32,000 nt of DNA. It comes from Haloquadratum walsbyi C23. GTDB lineage: Archaea > Halobacteriota > Halobacteria > Halobacteriales > Haloferacaceae. The notes below the pieces were generated by a model. It saw nothing but the letters and a program-made list of their open reading frames with translations, was not told the DNA's origin and made no database searches. The stretch is taken from contig NC_017459.1 in NCBI RefSeq assembly GCF_000237865.1, positions 510,001 through 542,000 on the forward strand, read 5' to 3'. The first letter of the stretch is position 1. Every line of letters begins with the position of its first letter. Both the position numbers and the translations under genes were made by a program. Shown piece by piece: positions 27,448 through 32,000 of this stretch.

Positions 27448-27468
27448 CCTCGGGGCTTGTCCCCGAGG
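27448..27468 (-). repeat. Perfect hairpin repeat, copy 3 (minus strand CCTCGGGG-ACAAG-CCCCGAGG) in the spacer between two tRNA genes
   Basis: On the minus strand it reads GTGAAGTA-CCTCGGGGACAAGCCCCGAGG-CACTCGCCCTGCTCCGCTTGTAGAGC. The 5' flank matches copy 1 and the 3' flank matches copy 2. There is one loop substitution. Confidence 0.9.
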
Positions 27469-27605
27469 TACTTCACTTTCCACGAAGTTTATTATATAAT
27501 TGGTTATCAGCAGGGTGAGTGAATGTTCGTATGAATGACAATATAATGTTAAAAATTGACCGTCGAAGATAACACATAAGAACGTCACTCCAAATTTGCA
27601 TATGA

Positions 27606-27680
27606 GGGCCCTTAGCTCAGCCTGGTGAGAGCGCTCGGCTCATAACCGAGTGGTCGTTGGTTCGAATCCGACAGGGCCCA
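27606..27680 (+). tRNA. tRNA with CAT anticodon (elongator Met or, more likely, Ile2 read via agmatidine); not an initiator
   Basis: The cloverleaf is GGGCCCU-UA-GCUC-AGCCUGGUGA-GAGC-G-CUCGG-CUCAUAA-CCGAG-UGGUC-GUUGG-UUCGAAU-CCGAC-AGGGCCC-A, 75 nt. G1-C72 and the lack of a GGG/CCC anticodon stem argue against initiator identity. The GGGCCC acceptor and the GCGCUCGGCU anticodon arm resemble tRNA-Ile bodies as I recall them. Confidence 0.9.
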
Positions 27681-27695
27681 TTCTTATTTTTATTC
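27681..27695 (+). terminator. Oligo-T tract directly after the tRNA(CAT) gene
   Basis: The tract is ttcttatttttattc. Archaeal RNA polymerase terminates at T-runs. Confidence 0.3.
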
Positions 27696-27996
27696 CCAGA
27701 TACAATTACACCGCAGCGACATCTCTGTGAACTGAATTCGTCATCTATATTCGTCGAGTGCCCACTCTCCCTGTACTCAAGTTTTCGCCCTGTTTTGGAT
27801 AAGTCGAATATACTGGGCGGTGACTAAATCTCTGAAATAATTCATGATAGACAGTTCAGTTTATGACAGACGTGGCAATTCAAAAAAGAGCATATACCAG
27901 CCGTGAGACGCAGATATACAGTCAGGATCAGAGTGTATGGCTTACATTGATGAAGCCATATCAAAACGTGATGACAGCAATACATGGTATAAAGAT

Positions 27997-28566
27997 TCAG
28001 AACCCAGCAAAACTAGGTAGCACTGAATAATACAACTCATGTAAAATAGTAGCAATAAATGCCGTTACCCCGCTTGCTAGAAGTGCTGCATTCCAGCGTT
28101 TATTATCGGCAGTACAGAGACCGAGAGCAGGACCCCACGAACTAACCGGCCAGAGCGGTTTCACTCTGAATCCACCTCCCTTTGTCAGAGTATCTGTGAT
28201 AATATGTGTAAAGAGAGATATTGCCACCACTCCAGCAAAAAACGCCCAGACAGTAGATGGAACTATCAACACTGTTGTAATAAGATTATGCTCGACAGCT
28301 AACTGCTGTCCAAAATGAAACGGATATGTGATTGTACTTGCTGAAATAAACGCAAGGGCGAGTGTGAATACAATACTGTGTGTCGGTCCTCGATGGCTAA
28401 TAATGCTCTCAGGAATGTATTGATCCTGATCGGGTATGCGAGCGTACATCATCATTACTGCCGTTGCAATCATGCCAGTAACGATCCCCAGTCCAAGCAC
28501 ACAGCCCGCCCCTACGAGCAATGTTGTTCCATAATGTCCCTCTCGATGCATTCTCTTATCTCTCAA
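27997..28566 (-). CDS. Membrane-bound metal-dependent hydrolase, YdjM/DUF457-like
   Basis: The 189-aa ORF has 5-6 TM segments. It carries the conserved HRGPTHS motif after the first TM pair and a later H..TD motif (FTHIITDTLT). ATG 28551 (MHREGHYG) is an alternative start. Confidence 0.6.
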   Translation of the reverse strand: MRDKRMHREGHYGTTLLVGAGCVLGLGIVTGMIATAVMMMYARIPDQDQYIPESIISHRGPTHSIVFTLALAFISASTITYPFHFGQQLAVEHNLITTVLIVPSTVWAFFAGVVAISLFTHIITDTLTKGGGFRVKPLWPVSSWGPALGLCTADNKRWNAALLASGVTAFIATILHELYYSVLPSFAGF

Positions 28567-28742
28567 ATACCGTTAATTGGCAATGTCACATGCATATTAT
28601 TCGACCTATGCTGCGTTTTAAGATAATTGAATTTTCTCCGTAATGTATAGTCATCGAATACTAGCTGATAGATTCTTCCATATCAGCGACTGAGCTATCT
28701 GCTTCGATAAAGATAGGCACAGTGACAGGTAGTTTAACATAT

Positions 28743-29170
28743 GGGTAGGAATCAGGCTGGGAACCGAGCGATTCCCTCCAGTCCGACGATGGCGGCCTGT
28801 CCGCCACAAGCACTCAAACAGGAATCGGAACCAGTCAGGCGAACGGTCGGCTCCCATAATGAACCGATGCAGATGCAGTGCCCGACTGCTTGAAAACACC
28901 ACAGAAAGTAACTCCGAGTCCGTTGAAATCTGCCGGACTCCCCAAGGCAAAAACAACTTCGGGAGTCCGAACACGACAGAGAATAGGAGTACCGGGGGCT
29001 GAGATGTGGCACTCCCAGTAGTCCCACTCGACTCCCCACAGTCCGTGAGCCCCACATGGATTCTCACCGTGCCGGGGCTCGGTGGAACTGCAAACCTGAA
29101 ATTCCTACCATTCACGCTCACGCTCAGGATTTCTCCGCGTTATAGTAGTTCACAGAAGAAGTGGGTACTT
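28743..29170 (+). pseudogene. Heavily decayed tnpB 3' third / omega-RNA-like structured GC island, same family as the 21.8-22.4 kb remnant
   Basis: The plus frame from 28901 reads TESNSESVEICRTPQGKNNFGSPNTTENRSTGG*. This parallels EESNSES...HRSTGW of the 22-kb remnant, with 16/21 nt identical over the ESNSES codons. Later ...NCKPEIPT appears in another frame. Upstream frames keep scattered Cys/His/Asn-Arg traces of the zinc finger. No frame stays open on the plus strand. The block is bracketed by GGTAGGAATCAGG (28744-56) and CCTGAAATTCCTACC (29095-109). Confidence 0.45.
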
Positions 29171-29779
29171 GAGTAGACATGCATCGGTCAGAGTAGTTCT
29201 CTCGCATCGAATGAGTGAATCAGTTCACCCAGAAGTTTGTTGAATCACTATACGCGGAGGAGGATCTCAAGTCGGTGAAATTGTATTTGTGACTTCACAA
29301 CAAGATATCAGGAGTCACTGACACCACAGAGCAGCACAACACTTGTCCAGTGGAGGTGGACATCTTATATATGATCAAAATGGACACCGATGTTTGACCC
29401 GATAATATCAAAGAGGCAACAGTGATGATTGGTTTGGCTATATTCGCTGTCAGTGTCATCGAATTGTGGCACATAAATCCAAGATTCATATTTCGAGTTG
29501 ATGCTATTGTCGAACAGGTAACAATCGGGGCAATACCAGGAGTGGGGTACTCGACATTCGCCGAGGATGTCACTCTGCAGATTGAGATTCGAGAGGTCGA
29601 ACAACTGAATATGAACAGTCGTGAGACGATACATGAGTACGGTTATCACTAGTGCTGATGAGATTATCTAAATAGACTCCCCTGTCACACTTGCTTATTG
29701 AATGATTGATATTTTCGAAACAAGTTGGAGTGGGGAATGAGATTAAAACATCAGTACTCTTAGGAGCGTATAATCAGAT

Positions 29780-30046
29780 ATGAGCGACATACTCGGGGCG
29801 ATCGCTGGGACGGCAGTATATGAAAAGGTGCGGATTGAGGTTCAGAACTCACGATATAAAATAACTGGTGAGTATCAAGCCAGCGAAGTTACCTATAACG
29901 TCCCGCATGGGTGTCTGCAAATAGAACGCATGGACGTTGAATTAGAGCAGGACTCGGTACTGATACTCAACGCTCCAGATGAGACTTTCATTTGGATCGA
30001 CCGAATCGAGGACAATGTAAATATCACTCGGGAGAACCCAATATAG
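29780..30046 (+). CDS. Hypothetical protein (orphan, 88 aa, acidic)
   Basis: The ORF is clean with an ATG start and haloarchaeal-like acidic composition (MSDILGAIAGTAVYEKVRIEVQNSRYKITGEYQASEVTYNVPHGCLQIERMDVELEQDS...). I recognise no family. Confidence 0.4.
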   Translation: MSDILGAIAGTAVYEKVRIEVQNSRYKITGEYQASEVTYNVPHGCLQIERMDVELEQDSVLILNAPDETFIWIDRIEDNVNITRENPI

Positions 30047-30573
30047 ATTTTTTAGTCTTCAGAGGACCATCTGATGATGTCATATGAGTTCTGTGTCTGG
30101 AGCGGTCCCCGGTACTTGCTCATGAGTTGGTGACGCCCTTTGTTGAACTCAAACTGCCTGGATGCCGATGACCGAACAGTCCTGTAGTGAGTCGAGAGTC
30201 GGAACACCATCCGATCCTGACAAAGAATACACTCGAAGAATCTAAAGAATACAGCGAGAGTTCCACGGGTTATTTATCCCATGTTAGTTTAAGAACTTTT
30301 TTTGAATGCCCCACGCTTGGTGGCGTGGAGAAATCGCGCTGCTTTCCGTTTAGAGATGATAGGCTGCGGGCAGATTATCGACAACTACTCGGCGGAAACC
30401 ACAAAAAAATCTTATTTGAGTCGGCTCTCAGTGCTGATATAGCTTCGACGAACTGCGGGCACCCCTTCCGGCGAACAGTATCAAATCACAGGAATGACTC
30501 ATATAATCGCTTGTCTTAATCAGATAACTAAATAAATAGGCATATATATACCTACATACAAAAATACAGTACA

Positions 30574-31581
30574 ATGACGTCAGATCAGACTCGACGACGC
30601 TTTATATCGGTAGTTGGTGCAGCAGGTATTACAGGTCTCGCTGGTTGTAGCGGGGGCGGCGATGCCGGTGATGAGGGATCCGAGACAGAAGCCGCTGAAT
30701 CAACGGAGGCAGACAGCGGGAATGAAAACACACGTCTGAGCTGGCACGCCGGTGGAACCGGTGGAACATATTTCCCTCTCTCAAATGAATTCAAGACGGT
30801 TGTTGAGGATAACACCGACTTTTCTTTGAATGTCCAATCAACCGGTGCAAGCGTTGAAAATGTTGGTAGTCTCACCGATGGATCCGCAGACTTTGCACTT
30901 ATTCAGAATGATATTGCATTCTTTGCGAAGAATGGAACAGGTATCGATGCATTTGATGGAAACCCTATCGAGAATCTCCGTGGCGTTGCTACACTTTATC
31001 CAGAGACAATTACAGTCGTCACACTCGCTGATAGTAACATTAGCACACTCTCAGATTTAAGTGGGAAAACAATTAATACAGGTGACCTTGGGTCAGGCAC
31101 CCAGGTTAATGCGAATCAAATTCTTGAAGCAGTCGGTATCACAGAGTTCACCGAACAAAATGCTGGCTTTTCACAAGCATCAGAGCAGTTAGCGAACGGC
31201 GATATTGACGCCGCTTTTGTTGTCGGTGGGTGGCCAGTTGGTGCAATTGAGGATCTCGCAACAACAAATGATGTTCAAATCGTCCCGATTCAGGGTGAAA
31301 ACCGTCAGACCGTTAAAGGTGCGGCCTCGTGGTTTGCCGATGATACCATTCCTGCAGGAACATATAATGGCGTTGACGAGGCGACTGAAACGATAGCTGT
31401 TCAGGCAATGATTGCAACGCGCGCTGGGCTTGATGCTGGCACCGTTGAGACTGTTACAGCGGCACTGTTTGAGAACGTCGATGCGCTCACGATTAAAACT
31501 GAGTTTATCTCGACTGGCAGCGCACAGGATGGAATGTCGATTGAACTACATGAAGGGGCAACAGCATTCTTCGAAAACTAA
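30574..31581 (+). CDS. TAXI-family TRAP transporter solute receptor (lipoprotein)
   Basis: It has a Tat signal plus lipobox (TRRRFISVVGAAGITGLAGC) and an acidic linker. The core reads LSWHAGGTGGTYFPLSNEF........NVQSTGASVENV..L..G.ADFALIQND, characteristic of TAXI receptors. Confidence 0.85.
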   Translation: MTSDQTRRRFISVVGAAGITGLAGCSGGGDAGDEGSETEAAESTEADSGNENTRLSWHAGGTGGTYFPLSNEFKTVVEDNTDFSLNVQSTGASVENVGSLTDGSADFALIQNDIAFFAKNGTGIDAFDGNPIENLRGVATLYPETITVVTLADSNISTLSDLSGKTINTGDLGSGTQVNANQILEAVGITEFTEQNAGFSQASEQLANGDIDAAFVVGGWPVGAIEDLATTNDVQIVPIQGENRQTVKGAASWFADDTIPAGTYNGVDEATETIAVQAMIATRAGLDAGTVETVTAALFENVDALTIKTEFISTGSAQDGMSIELHEGATAFFEN

Positions 31582-31876
31582 CACTATCATCTCTCAGATA
31601 AATAATCTCATTGGTTCATTACCAATCTAATTAATCAGTTAGATAGTTTTATTTTGACCACTAATAATATACTTTAATTGATAGACATATCTTGATGATA
31701 CGAGCGCACAATCAGGCTATGAGTGATAGTATGGAATTATCTTGGGTCACACCTCAATAATTTGTTATGTTACAACATCACTTCTGGAGGCATTTGTCTT
31801 ATACATGCGTAGAGATCATTAAATCTAAAAACAAGTCAACACCAGCGACAAGCCGATAAAATAAGACAAATCACGA

Positions 31877-32000
31877 ATGCAGCATACGACAAACATACGA
31901 TTTATTACTGGATTACTCGTCATTGTTCTTCTTGCTTCCACAATAGGAACATCAATAGCACCAGGATTTGTTTTGATCATTGAAGATATTGATACAGACG
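31877..32000 (+). CDS. N-terminus of a membrane-anchored protein, possibly DUF1850 (common partner in TAXI-TRAP operons); runs off the right edge
   Basis: MQHTTNIRFITGLLVIVLLASTIGTSIAPGFVLIIEDIDTD has a single N-terminal TM followed by an L.v.D.dTg-like start, as in DUF1850 proteins. It lies downstream of a TAXI receptor gene. Only 41 codons are visible. Confidence 0.35.
   Translation, partial: MQHTTNIRFITGLLVIVLLASTIGTSIAPGFVLIIEDIDTD

Noticed and set aside
28743-29110. Possible 7S/SRP RNA or RNase P RNA. It is a ~370-nt GC-rich block with 5'/3' closing helix, a CAGUAGUCCCAC segment reminiscent of the SRP Alu-domain UGUAAUCCCAGC, and complementary C-rich and G-rich hairpin loops.
   Set aside because: There is no helix-8-type GNAR tetraloop with an AGCA/GGAA symmetric-loop motif on either strand. 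The order of the two Alu-like hairpins is wrong on both strands. No GAGGAAAGUCC element lies near a 5' end. The sequence also shows residual homology to a tnpB 3' end, which explains its structure more simply.
28651-29121. Two overlapping minus-strand ORFs (156 aa and 101 aa) covering the GC island.
   Set aside because: They are Arg/Cys/Ser/Gly-rich and basic, unlike every credible protein in this window. They stay open only because of high GC, and the region is better explained as decayed tnpB/RNA module sequence.
30187-30519. 110-aa plus-strand ORF between the orphan ORF and the TAXI receptor gene.
   Set aside because: It is basic and His/Arg/Cys-containing, has no acidic bias, and contains a perfect 6-bp hairpin (CCACGC…GCGTGG) and homopolymer runs. 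It was kept only as a note within the islet finding.
1-32000. CRISPR arrays, integrase-bounded islands with tRNA-derived att repeats, toxin-antitoxin pairs, and recognisable defence genes.
   Set aside because: There are no regularly spaced direct repeats. I saw no integrase, recombinase or intact transposase ORF. Scanning by eye found no duplicate of the 3' halves of the three tRNA genes. No nuclease, ATPase or RT-type defence signatures appear among the ORFs. An exact-repeat computation would be needed to exclude short att sites.

Overview
The window looks like chromosomal DNA from a halophilic archaeon. Predicted proteins are strongly acidic, solute receptors carry Tat plus lipobox signals, and archaeal-specific genes are present (L15e, class I CCA-adding enzyme, RPA, histone, Rio2). 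The moderate GC, long AT-rich spacers and many tnpB wrecks suggest Haloquadratum, but that is inference only.

Most of the window is housekeeping and transport. Left to right:
- partial methyltransferase, endonuclease IV and an aldehyde dehydrogenase
- an RCK (TrkA-like) protein that looks like a beheaded K+ channel, then Rio2 kinase
- a WtpABC-like tungstate/molybdate ABC operon
- rpl15e, an UbaA/MoeB-type E1, a UbiA prenyltransferase and a DUF1643 protein
- a small HTH protein, an NTF2-like protein and a CBS-pair protein
- a four-gene PotABCD-like ABC operon, then tRNA-Arg(GCG)
- a multi-OB RPA, a doublet histone plus HdaI deacetylase operon, and the CCA-adding enzyme
- tRNA-Asn(GUU) and a tRNA with a CAU anticodon
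- a YdjM-like membrane hydrolase
- a TAXI-TRAP solute receptor and the start of a DUF1850-like gene

I see no CRISPR array, no intact transposase or integrase, and no recognisable defence operon.

The non-ordinary content is mobile-element debris. At least four decayed IS200/IS605-type (IS1341-like) tnpB remnants are present, at ~6.4-7.0, ~14.4-15.1, ~21.8-22.4 and ~28.7-29.2 kb. Each has a destroyed reading frame but keeps a GC-rich, highly structured 3' module where a TnpB omega-RNA would lie. A 21-nt perfect hairpin occurs three times.

Other items worth a look are a structured GC-rich leader in front of rpl15e and a small orphan-ORF islet downstream of the tRNA pair. All element boundaries are approximate and all family assignments rest on motifs read by eye.
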